Positions 27,448 through 37,216 of a stretch of 64,000 nt of DNA are shown here, one piece after another. Within the stretch, counting starts at the first letter, position 1; the number at the start of each line of letters is the position of its first letter. Below the pieces are notes generated by a model. That model saw only the letters and a list, made by a program, of their open reading frames with translations, ran no database searches and was not told the origin of the DNA. The stretch spans positions 28,172-92,171 of the forward strand of contig CALVYH010000003.1 in NCBI GenBank assembly GCA_944372115.1, in the 5' to 3' direction. Source of the stretch: an uncultured Bacilli bacterium (GTDB lineage: Bacteria > Bacillota_I > Bacilli_A > RFN20 > CAG-826). Both the position numbers and the translations under genes were made by a program.

Positions 27448-29067
27448 ATGCAAAACGAATTTAAAAAAGCAAAAATAGCAATTGTAATTCCTCTTTTATT
27501 CTTTTTACTTATTTTAGTTTTTTTCTTATTAAATTTATATGCTTTAACTGGTGAATACTCTTTATTAAATTTAATTATTGAAATAATTTTAGGTTTATTT
27601 TTATTATTTTTCTTTTACAAAATATTGATTTTTTTATTTACACCTAAAAAATTATTAAAAATCAATGATGATGAAATAATAGTTTATAAATTTAATAAAA
27701 GAACTGAGATAAGTTATAAAGATATTTTTACTCTTTATAACGTCCCTAGTTCATTTTTAACTACTTCTATTTTTATTATTTATCTTAAAAATGGTAAAAA
27801 AATAAAAATAAAATATTTAAAAGAAGATAAGCTTGCTTCTTTAATGATTTTTTCTAAATTAGATCATAACTTTTTTATTGATAAAGAAAATTTATTTTTC
27901 AAATTTTTTATCAGAATTTTTAATTTCTTTGAAAGTTTTTTCTTACATTTTATTAAATATAAAATTCCTAAAGAAATTAAAAATATCGAAGATATCACTT
28001 TAAAATTTAAAGAAATGGGCGCAAAAAAAGTATTTATTGTTAAATACAATCATTTAAATCTTACTTTTATTGATAATATTTTTGAAAATTCTGATATATC
28101 TTATTTTGTTTTTGATAAATCAATTCCTAATCCAAGTGAAGAAATAGTTTTGGAAGCTAAAAAAGCATATATAAATAATAAATGTGATTCAATTTTAGCG
28201 ATTGGAGGAGGATCAGTGATTGATCTAGCTAAAGCTTTAGGAGTAGTAATTAAAAATAACTCTAAAGATTTAGAAAAATATAGTGGTTTATTTAAAGTTA
28301 GACATCATCTTCCTCCTTTTATAGTTATTCCTTCTACTCCTGCTAGTGGAAGTGAGATGTCTTATGCTTCAGTCATTACTTTTAAAGATAAAAAATATTC
28401 AATTATTTCTGCTAAAATTATTCCTAAATATATCTATTATAGCGATGAATTAATTTCTTCTTTATCAAAAGAAATATTAGTTAATAGTATTATGGATGCT
28501 TTAACTCATGCTTTAGAAAGTTATTTAAATGTTTTTAAATATAAAAAGTATGATAATTATGCTTTAAAAGCGATAAAACTTACCTATGAAAATTTAGATG
28601 GTGCTTTTAATAATAATGATTTAGTTTCAAAAAAGAATTTATTTAAAGCTTCTTCTTTAGCAGGTATAGCTTTTTCGCTTAAAGGAGTAGGAAATGTTCA
28701 TGCCTTATCTCATGCTTTATCTTATAAATATAATCTAGCACACGCTAAAACTAACGCTATTATCTTACCTTTAGTTATAAAAACTTATCTTTATAATAAA
28801 ACTGCTAGAAAAAAGATGAATTATATATCTAAAAATATATTAAATAATACTTCATTAATCACTTATTTAGACGAATTAACCAATAAATATCATTATAATG
28901 TTAATATAAAAGAAATTAAAAAAGATGATATCTCTTTTTTAGCAAAACATGCTAAAAAAGAAGCTATTCCTTTATATGGAACACCGATTATATATTCAAA
29001 AATTATGTATTCTTATATGTATTTAAATCTATATAGTTATTATAAAAAGGAGATAAAAAATAAATAA
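27448..29067 (+). CDS. iron-containing alcohol dehydrogenase fused to an N-terminal two-TM domain
   Basis: PNPS, IGGGSVIDLAK, PSTPASGSE, DALTHALESY, HALSH, AHAK; hydrophobic N-terminal ~140 aa. Confidence 0.85.
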   Translation: MQNEFKKAKIAIVIPLLFFLLILVFFLLNLYALTGEYSLLNLIIEIILGLFLLFFFYKILIFLFTPKKLLKINDDEIIVYKFNKRTEISYKDIFTLYNVPSSFLTTSIFIIYLKNGKKIKIKYLKEDKLASLMIFSKLDHNFFIDKENLFFKFFIRIFNFFESFFLHFIKYKIPKEIKNIEDITLKFKEMGAKKVFIVKYNHLNLTFIDNIFENSDISYFVFDKSIPNPSEEIVLEAKKAYINNKCDSILAIGGGSVIDLAKALGVVIKNNSKDLEKYSGLFKVRHHLPPFIVIPSTPASGSEMSYASVITFKDKKYSIISAKIIPKYIYYSDELISSLSKEILVNSIMDALTHALESYLNVFKYKKYDNYALKAIKLTYENLDGAFNNNDLVSKKNLFKASSLAGIAFSLKGVGNVHALSHALSYKYNLAHAKTNAIILPLVIKTYLYNKTARKKMNYISKNILNNTSLITYLDELTNKYHYNVNIKEIKKDDISFLAKHAKKEAIPLYGTPIIYSKIMYSYMYLNLYSYYKKEIKNK

Positions 29068-29071
29068 ACTT

Positions 29072-30094
29072 ATGGAACAAAAAGAATTAAAAGAAGGTCG
29101 TTTACTCGATTATGAAGGTAATTTATATGAAGCTGGATATTCAACTTCATTAATTAAAAAATATAAAAGAAAAGATATTATTGGTTTAAAATCTAGAATT
29201 AAAGAATGGGATTATTACGCTATATTTATTAAAGATTACGCAATATGTTTTACTATTTCAGATTGTTCAATCTTTTCTCTTGTTTCAATTTCTATAATTG
29301 ATCTTGCTAAAAAAGGATTTAAAACTAAATCAAAAATAAAATTTTTCACTTTTGGAAAATTAAATTTACCTTCTTCTAGTGAAATAGGAGATACCGTATA
29401 TTCTTCAAAAGATTTTTCGCTTACCTTTTTAAATAATGGAAATAGTAGGGAAATAAAAGCCAATATTAAAAACTTTTCTAATGATAAAGATTTAGATGTT
29501 GATATTATTCTTTCTTCTACTTCATCTAAATCAATGGTTATTGCTACCCCATTTAAAAAGAAAAAACACTTCTACTATAATCAAAAAATCAATAATTTAG
29601 TTGCAAATGGCTATTTTAAACTTGGTGATAAATTAACTTCGATTAAAGATGGATTAGCTGTTTTAGATTGGGGAAGAGGTGTTTGGACTTATAAAAATAC
29701 TTGGTATTGGGCTTCTTTATCTATTAAAGATAATGATGGTTATAAAGGATTTAATCTAGGTTATGGATTTGGTGATACATCTAATGCTAGTGAAAATATG
29801 TTATTTATTAATAAAGAAGCTTATAAACTCGATGATGTTAAATTTTATTTTACTAAGAAAAATGGAAAAGAAGATTTTTTAGGACCTATTAAAATAGAAT
29901 CTTCTGCTAAAGATATTCTTTTAACCTTTACACCAATAGTTGATCGTCATGAAGATACTAACGCTTTATTTATCGCTTCTTTTCAACATCAAATATTTGG
30001 TAAATTTAATGGAAAAATTAAAACTAAAGATAATAAAGAAGTTATATTTAAAGATGCTGTTGGGTTTTTAGAAAAAGTAAAAAATAGATGGTGA
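29072..30094 (+). CDS. DUF2804-family protein
   Basis: RIKEWDYY, FYYNQKIN, LDWGRGVW, WYWAS, GFNLGYGFGD, ASEN, HQIFGKFNG, EKVKNRW. Confidence 0.75.
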   Translation: MEQKELKEGRLLDYEGNLYEAGYSTSLIKKYKRKDIIGLKSRIKEWDYYAIFIKDYAICFTISDCSIFSLVSISIIDLAKKGFKTKSKIKFFTFGKLNLPSSSEIGDTVYSSKDFSLTFLNNGNSREIKANIKNFSNDKDLDVDIILSSTSSKSMVIATPFKKKKHFYYNQKINNLVANGYFKLGDKLTSIKDGLAVLDWGRGVWTYKNTWYWASLSIKDNDGYKGFNLGYGFGDTSNASENMLFINKEAYKLDDVKFYFTKKNGKEDFLGPIKIESSAKDILLTFTPIVDRHEDTNALFIASFQHQIFGKFNGKIKTKDNKEVIFKDAVGFLEKVKNRW

Positions 30095-30109
30095 ATCCAT
30101 CTATTTTTT
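30079..30109. terminator. bidirectional intrinsic terminator
   Basis: AAAAAATAGATGG-TGAAT-CCATCTATTTTTT between convergent genes. Confidence 0.75.
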
Positions 30110-30132
30110 ATTTAATAGATATTATTAAAAGG

Positions 30133-30825
30133 TTAAAAATCTCTCTTTTTAAACATTAAAAGTGCTAAAAAGAAGAATAATATATACATTAATAATCCGA
30201 AAACAAAAAAGTTAATTATTCCAAATATCCATAAAGAAGAAATCATTCCTTCCATAACTGTTGGAATTAAAATAACACCCATAGGAATAAGGGTAGTTAA
30301 AAATGAAAATATAGAACTTAAAACAAGTGCTTTACTACTTCCAATAGCCGAACACATAAATAGAGACATCGAACCTGAAAATAAGCATGATGCTAAAAAT
30401 GTTAAAATTAATCCTACATAAATACTTATATCAAATGGTGCATCCATAACAAATAAAGCTACTAAAAATGGGATTAATAAAATAAATGTAGCAATAAGAT
30501 GAAGTAAAACTTTTGATAATAAAACTTTACTTTTTTTAACACCAACCGAAAGAATAAATGGAGTCCAATGTGATTTTTCATCAAAACTATATGAAGAAAT
30601 TAGCATATTTCCTGGATAAAATCCTCCGATAAACATTAAAGGCATAAGTAAATAAATTCCATTTCTACACATTTCTTCAACACTAGGTAAACTTCCATCT
30701 TGAGTTGGTTCATTTATTACATTTCCATCGCTAAAAGCTATAAAACAAAGAAAAATAACTACCAAAAGATAGATAACAAATACCATTCTTAAATTGTAAA
30801 ATTCTTTTAATAATAAACCTTTCAT
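30133..30825 (-). CDS. ABC-2 type transporter permease
   Basis: MKGLLLKEFY start, DEKSHW, VLLSK, FKKRDF end, ~6 TM. Confidence 0.85.
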   Translation of the reverse strand: MKGLLLKEFYNLRMVFVIYLLVVIFLCFIAFSDGNVINEPTQDGSLPSVEEMCRNGIYLLMPLMFIGGFYPGNMLISSYSFDEKSHWTPFILSVGVKKSKVLLSKVLLHLIATFILLIPFLVALFVMDAPFDISIYVGLILTFLASCLFSGSMSLFMCSAIGSSKALVLSSIFSFLTTLIPMGVILIPTVMEGMISSLWIFGIINFFVFGLLMYILFFFLALLMFKKRDF

Positions 30826-31664
30826 AGTTTCTTACCTCTAATAATTAGAATCATAATCTCTGAAAGATTAGCTCTTCTTTTATTTTCTAAATCATATTTA
30901 TCTGATAGAGTAATAAATTCAATATAATCATCATTAAATCTTTTATATTTAATAACAAATTCTTTATTTAAATTTTCCCATGTTAAATTATCTACTTTAA
31001 AATAATCATACATATTTAAAAGTTCGTTTTTAGAAGAATTTAATATGATTTTACCTTCATGAATAAAAACTATTTGATCACAAATTCTTTCTAAATCTTC
31101 AACAATATGAGAAGAAATTAATACGCTTCCACCGTTATTTTTAATTTCATGAAGTATATCTAAAATTTCATCTCTAGCAATTGGATCAAGTCCATTAGTT
31201 GGTTCATCTAAAATAAATAATTTAGCGTGATGAGAAAAAGCGATGGATAAATTTAGTTTAACTTTCATTCCTTTAGAAAGTTCACGACATTTTTTATTTT
31301 TATCTACCCCAAATTTAGTTAAATATTTATAAAATGTATCGCTTTCCCACCCTTTAAAGATATTTTTTAAAACTTTTTCAAGTTGAAAAAGTTTAATATT
31401 TTCTGGGAAATTTAATTCATCAAGAATAAAAGAAATCTTTTCTCTTTCTTCATTAGTTAATTTATTAATTTCTTTATCAAAAATATGAACAACTCCTTCT
31501 TTAAATGAAGTTATCCCGGCTAAAATTTTCATAGTAGTAGATTTACCAGCACCATTTTCACCGATAAACCCACATATTTCTCCTTCATTTAATGATAAAG
31601 AAACGTTATCTAAACTAAAATTTTTATAGTGTTTATTTAAATTTGATATTTCGACTACTTTCAT
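30822..31664 (-). CDS. ABC exporter ATP-binding protein
   Basis: GENGAGKS, LSKGM, ILDEPTNGLD, ISSH. Confidence 0.92.
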   Translation of the reverse strand: MKVVEISNLNKHYKNFSLDNVSLSLNEGEICGFIGENGAGKSTTMKILAGITSFKEGVVHIFDKEINKLTNEEREKISFILDELNFPENIKLFQLEKVLKNIFKGWESDTFYKYLTKFGVDKNKKCRELSKGMKVKLNLSIAFSHHAKLFILDEPTNGLDPIARDEILDILHEIKNNGGSVLISSHIVEDLERICDQIVFIHEGKIILNSSKNELLNMYDYFKVDNLTWENLNKEFVIKYKRFNDDYIEFITLSDKYDLENKRRANLSEIMILIIRGKKL

Positions 31665-31668
31665 ATTT

Positions 31669-32244
31669 TTATTCCATATAATTTGATGAATCTAAATAGG
31701 TTAAAGCTTCTAAAACGATATTTTTAACTATTTTTTCATTTTCTCCTTTTGTTTTTTCTTCAATTTCTAATCGATGAGAGCCACCATTTATTACGTTTAA
31801 ATTAATAAAACGATATTTAAGTTTATTCCTTGCTTCTTCACTTAAATATTTATCATTGGTGCCATAAGCAATATAATCAGTTTGTTCTAAATAGCAAATT
31901 GATTGATCTAAAGGAGTTAAACAAATATATTTAATTTTACTTATTAAATTTGGATATTTTTCTTTAATTAATTGTCTCAATTTTCCAGCAAAAATAGTTC
32001 CAATACTTTTAGAAATTAAAATAATTTCGCTATATTCATTTAAAGAATTAAAATTTATTTTCGATAAAACGAATTCATAGGCTTTCTCTTTATTAAAAAA
32101 ATCATTTTTTTCATCATAAAAATAGGAATAATCTAAATAAAGAGTATCTCCCTTTATAGCTTCATCAAGTTCTTTTAAAAGTGGTTTATTTAAACCATAT
32201 CGAATTCCTGGAAAAATAATTTTAATTGTTTTTAGTATATTCAT
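31669..32244 (-). CDS. small alpha/beta hydrolase
   Basis: FPGIRY, SKSIG nucleophile elbow, GTND, GSH. Confidence 0.65.
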   Translation of the reverse strand: MNILKTIKIIFPGIRYGLNKPLLKELDEAIKGDTLYLDYSYFYDEKNDFFNKEKAYEFVLSKINFNSLNEYSEIILISKSIGTIFAGKLRQLIKEKYPNLISKIKYICLTPLDQSICYLEQTDYIAYGTNDKYLSEEARNKLKYRFINLNVINGGSHRLEIEEKTKGENEKIVKNIVLEALTYLDSSNYME

Positions 32245-32734
32245 ATTTATTGATTTCTTTAATTTTGGAAGTTAGTTCATCAACTTCTCTATTATTATAT
32301 ATTTGCGTTGTGTTTTTTAAAATCTTTTTGAAAGTTTTTAAAGTAAAAATTTTATCATCCTCTTTTACTTTTTTAAGATTGTTAAAAAGAGGTATTAAAT
32401 AACAAACAATGTTTAAATTTTCTTTAATATTTCTTTTCAAATAATCTTCTACTTCTTTTAAATCTAAATATGGATTTTTTAAAGTAATTAAGCCTTTATA
32501 ATTATCATCAATTTTTAAAATTTCATCATTTTGATTAAAAAATGAAGCTATTTCGCCTTCACAATTTTCAATTAAAAATATAAAAATCCCTGAAGAAGCA
32601 ACAATTATTGTATATTCATTTAAATCATCTTTAGAAATTTTAAAATTATAAATTAAATTTTCTTTTTCAAAGAAACATTCGTAAAGTTTGTTAGCAATTT
32701 TTTCTTTATAAGGTTTAAAAAAGAAAAGACCCAT
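32222..32734 (-). CDS. NERD-like (nuclease-related domain) protein, apparently degenerate
   Basis: IYNF...EYTIIVASSGIFIFLIENCEGEI...KNPY resembles the NERD pattern EIDHIVI..GIFVIETKN..G.I...NP. Confidence 0.45.
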   Translation of the reverse strand: MGLFFFKPYKEKIANKLYECFFEKENLIYNFKISKDDLNEYTIIVASSGIFIFLIENCEGEIASFFNQNDEILKIDDNYKGLITLKNPYLDLKEVEDYLKRNIKENLNIVCYLIPLFNNLKKVKEDDKIFTLKTFKKILKNTTQIYNNREVDELTSKIKEINKYEYTKNN

Positions 32735-32735
32735 T

Positions 32736-33281
32736 TTATAAATTTCCTTCTTCTTTTTTTAATAGATAAAGTAAAAAAGCGTGAACAGTTTTTGCATCAC
32801 GAATTTCACCATTTAAAATCATCTTTTTGATTTCATCTTCGCTTTTATAAATGACATCAACAAATTCATTTTCATCTAAATGAGTTTCTTTTAAAGTCAA
32901 ATCTTCACAATAATATAAATAAATTTTTTCATTTGTATAAGCAACACTTGGATATGTTTCGCCTAAATAAACACACTTTTTTGCTTCATATCCAGTTTCT
33001 TCTTTTAATTCTCTTAAAGTTGTAATTTTTGTATCTTCGTTTTTATCTGTTTTTCCTGCTGGAAATTCAATCATTACATCATCGTAAGGATAACGAAATT
33101 GTCTTTCTAAAATAAATTTATCATCTTTTGTTTTAGCGATTACACAAGCAGCAGGTCCTTTATTAATGTATTCACGATAAGATTCGTGATTGTTTGGACA
33201 TAAAACTTTATCTTTATGAACCTCTAGTAAATGTCCATTAAATACTATTTCACCACTTAATTTCTTTTCTTTTAAATCCAT
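32736..33281 (-). CDS. nudF: NUDIX hydrolase, ADP-ribose pyrophosphatase type
   Basis: QFRYP, EFPAGK...RELKEETG Nudix box, LDENEF, DAKT. Confidence 0.85.
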   Translation of the reverse strand: MDLKEKKLSGEIVFNGHLLEVHKDKVLCPNNHESYREYINKGPAACVIAKTKDDKFILERQFRYPYDDVMIEFPAGKTDKNEDTKITTLRELKEETGYEAKKCVYLGETYPSVAYTNEKIYLYYCEDLTLKETHLDENEFVDVIYKSEDEIKKMILNGEIRDAKTVHAFLLYLLKKEEGNL

Positions 33282-33536
33282 AAATATACCTCAGCATGTA
33301 AATTATACTAATTTTTGCCAAATTTATCTCATAAAGTTAATTTTTAACACTAAATTTAATTTTTCTTCAAAAAAGTGAATATTTTTCTTAACTCGTGGCA
33401 TTCTTGTATATATAAGGGTATGGGAAATTCCTTTATACCCTTAATATATTATATAGGTATATATTTAATATAAATTAGAGCAAAATCATTTATTTTTATT
33501 AATCAATAAACTAATATTTATACGTGAGGAAACATT

Positions 33537-34445
33537 ATGGAAAGATTTGACACAATTATTATTGGAGCTGGACCAGCAGGAGTTACTGCTGCTATTTATG
33601 CACATAGAAGCGGATTATCATATTTACTTTTAGAAAAAGGAGCAATCGGTGGTAAAGTTGTCACTGCTTTTGAAATTGAAAATTATCCTGGTATTAGTAA
33701 AATTGGCGGAAGCGAATTAGCTTTAGACTTTAGAAAACAGGTTAAAGATATGGGTATTAATTTTAGACGTGAAGAAGTTTTAAGTGTTGAAAAATTTGAT
33801 GACCATTTATTTTTTATAACTACTAATAAAGATAAATATCAATGTGAATCAATTATTATTGCAACAGGAACTAAAGAAAATGAATTAAATTTACCAAAAG
33901 AAGATCAATTTAGGGGTAGAGGTGTTTCATTCTGTGCAACTTGTGATGGTGCTTTTTATAAAGATAAAGATGTTGTTGTTTATGGAGGAGGAGATAGTGC
34001 TATAACTGAAGCTACTTTTTTAGCACCAATCGTTCATTCAATTACAATGATTTCTCGTCATAACTTAAGAGGAGAAAAAAACAATATTGAAAAATTAAAT
34101 GCTCATTCAAATATTACTTATTTACCAAATACAATTATTACTGAATTGATTGGTGATGATCATCTTGAAGGAATAAAAGTTTTAAGTGAAGGAAATAAAA
34201 TATCTACTATTAAAACAGATGGTATATTTGTTTATATTGGTTCAAAACCAGAATTAAAATTTTTAAATCACTTAGATGTTTTAAATTCAAAAGGTTATAT
34301 TGAAGTAGATAATGAATTTAGAACAAAAGTTAAGGGTGTCTATGCAATTGGTGATGTAATTGAAAAAGAGTTAAGACAAATTGTTACCGCTACTAATGAT
34401 GGCGCAATAGCAATTCATACATTACATAAAGATTTAAATAAATAA
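33537..34445 (+). CDS. trxB: thioredoxin-disulfide reductase
   Basis: GAGPAG, IENYPG, GVSFCATCDG, GGGDSA, GD...RQIVTA. Confidence 0.93.
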   Translation: MERFDTIIIGAGPAGVTAAIYAHRSGLSYLLLEKGAIGGKVVTAFEIENYPGISKIGGSELALDFRKQVKDMGINFRREEVLSVEKFDDHLFFITTNKDKYQCESIIIATGTKENELNLPKEDQFRGRGVSFCATCDGAFYKDKDVVVYGGGDSAITEATFLAPIVHSITMISRHNLRGEKNNIEKLNAHSNITYLPNTIITELIGDDHLEGIKVLSEGNKISTIKTDGIFVYIGSKPELKFLNHLDVLNSKGYIEVDNEFRTKVKGVYAIGDVIEKELRQIVTATNDGAIAIHTLHKDLNK

Positions 34446-34448
34446 TGA

Positions 34449-34476
34449 AAAATGGTTTCCACGTGGAAACCATTTT
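34449..34476. terminator. 28-bp perfect palindrome: bidirectional terminator containing a parS-like core
   Basis: AAAATGGTTTCCACGTGGAAACCATTTT between convergent trxB and lysS. Confidence 0.75.
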
Positions 34477-34479
34477 ATT

Positions 34480-35964
34480 TTACTTTTGATCTTTCATTGT
34501 TGGGAAGAGAATTACTTCTCTAATAGATGGTTGATTAAGTAATAACATTACTAATCTATCAATACCAATTCCAATACCACCAGTAGGAGGCATACCATAA
34601 TCCATAGCCTCTAAGAAATCATAATCCATTTCATTTGCTTCATCATCACCAAGTTCTTTAGCTTTAAGTTGAGCAACGAATCTTTCTTTTTGATCAATAG
34701 GATCATTTAATTCGCTATATGCATTAGCAAATTCCCATCCATTGATATAAAGTTCAAATCTTTCAGTAAATCTTGGGTCTGGGCTCTTTTTAGTTAATGG
34801 CGAAACTTCGATTGGATGATGACAAACAAATGTTGGTTGAATAAGTTCATTTTCGCAAAGTTCTTCAAATAAAGCATTTAAATAATAACCTGTTGAAGTC
34901 CAATGTTTTTCTATTTTTATATTGTATTTTTTACATAATTCTTGAGCTTCTTCTAAAGAAATATCTCCTTTAAAATCAACTCCAGTCTTTTCTTTAACAA
35001 GATCAGACATATCAACCCATCTAAATTCAGGTCTAAAATCGATTTCTTTACCTTGATAGTTTAAAACATCTGTTTTAATAACATTTTTTAAAACATATCT
35101 AATGACATCTTCGCTTAATTGTCTCATTGAAGATAAATCACCATATGCTTGATATAACTCGACAGTTGTAAATTCAGGATTATGTCTTGTATCCATTCCT
35201 TCATTTCTAAATAATCTACCAAATTCATATACCTTTTCTAAACCACCAACAATTAATTTCTTTAATGGTAATTCGGTAGCGATTCTTAAATAAAAATCTT
35301 TATTTAGTGCATTATGATGAGTAATAAATGGTCGAGCATTTGCTCCTCCTAAAATTGGAGAAAGAACACTAGTTTCAACTTCTGTAAATCCTAATGAATC
35401 AAAATAATGTTGCATACATCTAATAATTTTTGGTCTTAAAAGAGCAACTTGTTTTGCTTCATCATTCATAATCAAATCAACATATCTGTGCCTATATCTT
35501 TCTTCAACATCAGTTAAGCCATGGAATTTTTCAGGTAATGGTCTTAATGATTTTGTTAAGAAAGTAAAATCTGTTACTTTTAAAGTTAATTCGCCGGTTC
35601 TTGTTTTCATTAAATGACCGCCTAAACCAACAATATCACCGACATCACATAATTTAAAAATAGCATAATTATCAGCATTTACAGTTTCAACTGAAATATA
35701 TGCTTGTATTCTTCCTTCTTTGTCTTGAATTGTTAAAAAGGAAGCTTTTCCCATTTTTCTAAGAAGCATGATTCTTCCAGCAACTTTTACTTCTATTGGA
35801 TTTGCTTCTAATTCTTCATTAGTTTTTTCACCAGCTTTTTCTTTACAAGTTAAGGTTGAATCTGTTCTATCATATTTTTGACCCCATGGATTGACGCCAA
35901 GTTCGACTAATTTATTTAACTTTTCTCTTCTTGCTAATTCTTGATCTGTTAACTTGTTTTCCAT
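34480..35964 (-). CDS. lysS: lysine--tRNA ligase (class II)
   Basis: PLPEKFHGL, YLRIATEL, FRNEG...HNPEFT, GMPPTGGIGIGIDRL. Confidence 0.98.
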   Translation of the reverse strand: MENKLTDQELARREKLNKLVELGVNPWGQKYDRTDSTLTCKEKAGEKTNEELEANPIEVKVAGRIMLLRKMGKASFLTIQDKEGRIQAYISVETVNADNYAIFKLCDVGDIVGLGGHLMKTRTGELTLKVTDFTFLTKSLRPLPEKFHGLTDVEERYRHRYVDLIMNDEAKQVALLRPKIIRCMQHYFDSLGFTEVETSVLSPILGGANARPFITHHNALNKDFYLRIATELPLKKLIVGGLEKVYEFGRLFRNEGMDTRHNPEFTTVELYQAYGDLSSMRQLSEDVIRYVLKNVIKTDVLNYQGKEIDFRPEFRWVDMSDLVKEKTGVDFKGDISLEEAQELCKKYNIKIEKHWTSTGYYLNALFEELCENELIQPTFVCHHPIEVSPLTKKSPDPRFTERFELYINGWEFANAYSELNDPIDQKERFVAQLKAKELGDDEANEMDYDFLEAMDYGMPPTGGIGIGIDRLVMLLLNQPSIREVILFPTMKDQK

Positions 35965-36221
35965 AATCTAATCCTTTCTTCTTTTAAAACTCTAATATTT
36001 TAATAAATTAAAAAAGAAAAATAAAATAATATTCATTTAAATGCAATAAATTATAAAACTATAATTAACTAGAACTAGATGAAAAAATCTATTTAATTAT
36101 TTATGTATTAAACTTGTCTATGAACCAGTTAATAAACAAGTTTCTAAAAAATATGTAATAGCTCTTAATTTTGCAATTAATATTTCTTTTAGAAAATTTA
36201 AATATTATAAAGAAATATTTC

Positions 36222-37208
36222 TTAATAAATTTCATTATTCATTAAATAATCGTTAACAATATTAAACAATGAGTCAATTGAAGTAATTGTTGTTGATATT
36301 TCGTTTTTTAATTTTTTTGTATTTGAAAACATATTAAAAAATTTAGGTGCTATACCTCTTAAAATAGAAACTGCTCTTTGTTCACCAAATTCCTCATTTA
36401 AAAGGGTTGTAAATTCTTTTAAATATTCAATTTGTCCTTCAATTGTTGGTTCTTCAATTTTATCTAACTCATTATTTAAATAATGATTAATATTTTTTAT
36501 TAATAATGGATTTCCAATTCCACCCCTAGCAACCGCAATAGAGTCTGCTTTTGAAATTTCTAATGCTTTAATTGCATCGTTAAGTGTAAAAATATTTCCA
36601 CTTACAGCATATGGTATTTTAATATATTTTTTTAAATCTTTTAAAGCTTCATAATGTGCTTCGCCAATATAAAGTTCTTTTTTAGTTCGACAATGAATTG
36701 TTAAAAAAGATACTCCAGCCTCTTCTAATGCTTTAGCTATTTCTATAATATTATTTTTTTCCCAACCTAAACGAATTTTAGCACTCACTGGTTTTTTAGA
36801 TTTCTCTACAATACTTTTCATCATATCTTTCATTAAAGGAACATCTTTTAACCAACTACTTCCACCATTTGATTTAGTTACTTTTGGTACAGGACAGGCT
36901 AAATTTATATCTAAAACATCATAATTTGTATTACTTTTTTCTAATATATCAAGAGCTTCTAATAAAGTCTCTTTTTTCCCACCAAAAAGTTGAATAGCTA
37001 ATGGTTTATCGTTTCCATCAGTTTTAATCATTTCAAAAGTTCTTTTATTATTATAAATAAGTCCACAATCAGAAATCATTTCGCTATAAGTAATAGCGCA
37101 GCCAAACTTATTCATAAACTTTCTATAAGAAAAAGAAGTTATTCCAGCCATAGGGGCTAGAATAACTTTTCCTTTTAATTCAAGATTTTTAATTATTAAA
37201 TTTTCCAT
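36222..37208 (-). CDS. dusB: tRNA-dihydrouridine synthase
   Basis: LAPMAG, QLFG, DINLACPVPKV, KIRLGW, IHCRT. Confidence 0.92.
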   Translation of the reverse strand: MENLIIKNLELKGKVILAPMAGITSFSYRKFMNKFGCAITYSEMISDCGLIYNNKRTFEMIKTDGNDKPLAIQLFGGKKETLLEALDILEKSNTNYDVLDINLACPVPKVTKSNGGSSWLKDVPLMKDMMKSIVEKSKKPVSAKIRLGWEKNNIIEIAKALEEAGVSFLTIHCRTKKELYIGEAHYEALKDLKKYIKIPYAVSGNIFTLNDAIKALEISKADSIAVARGGIGNPLLIKNINHYLNNELDKIEEPTIEGQIEYLKEFTTLLNEEFGEQRAVSILRGIAPKFFNMFSNTKKLKNEISTTITSIDSLFNIVNDYLMNNEIY

Positions 37209-37216
37209 TTATTTAA

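Noticed and set aside
36110-36143. Imperfect hairpin in the dusB-lysS spacer as a T-box or lysine riboswitch
   Set aside because: No T-box (AAnnnGGGTGGnACC) or riboswitch consensus is visible; the spacer is extremely AT-rich.
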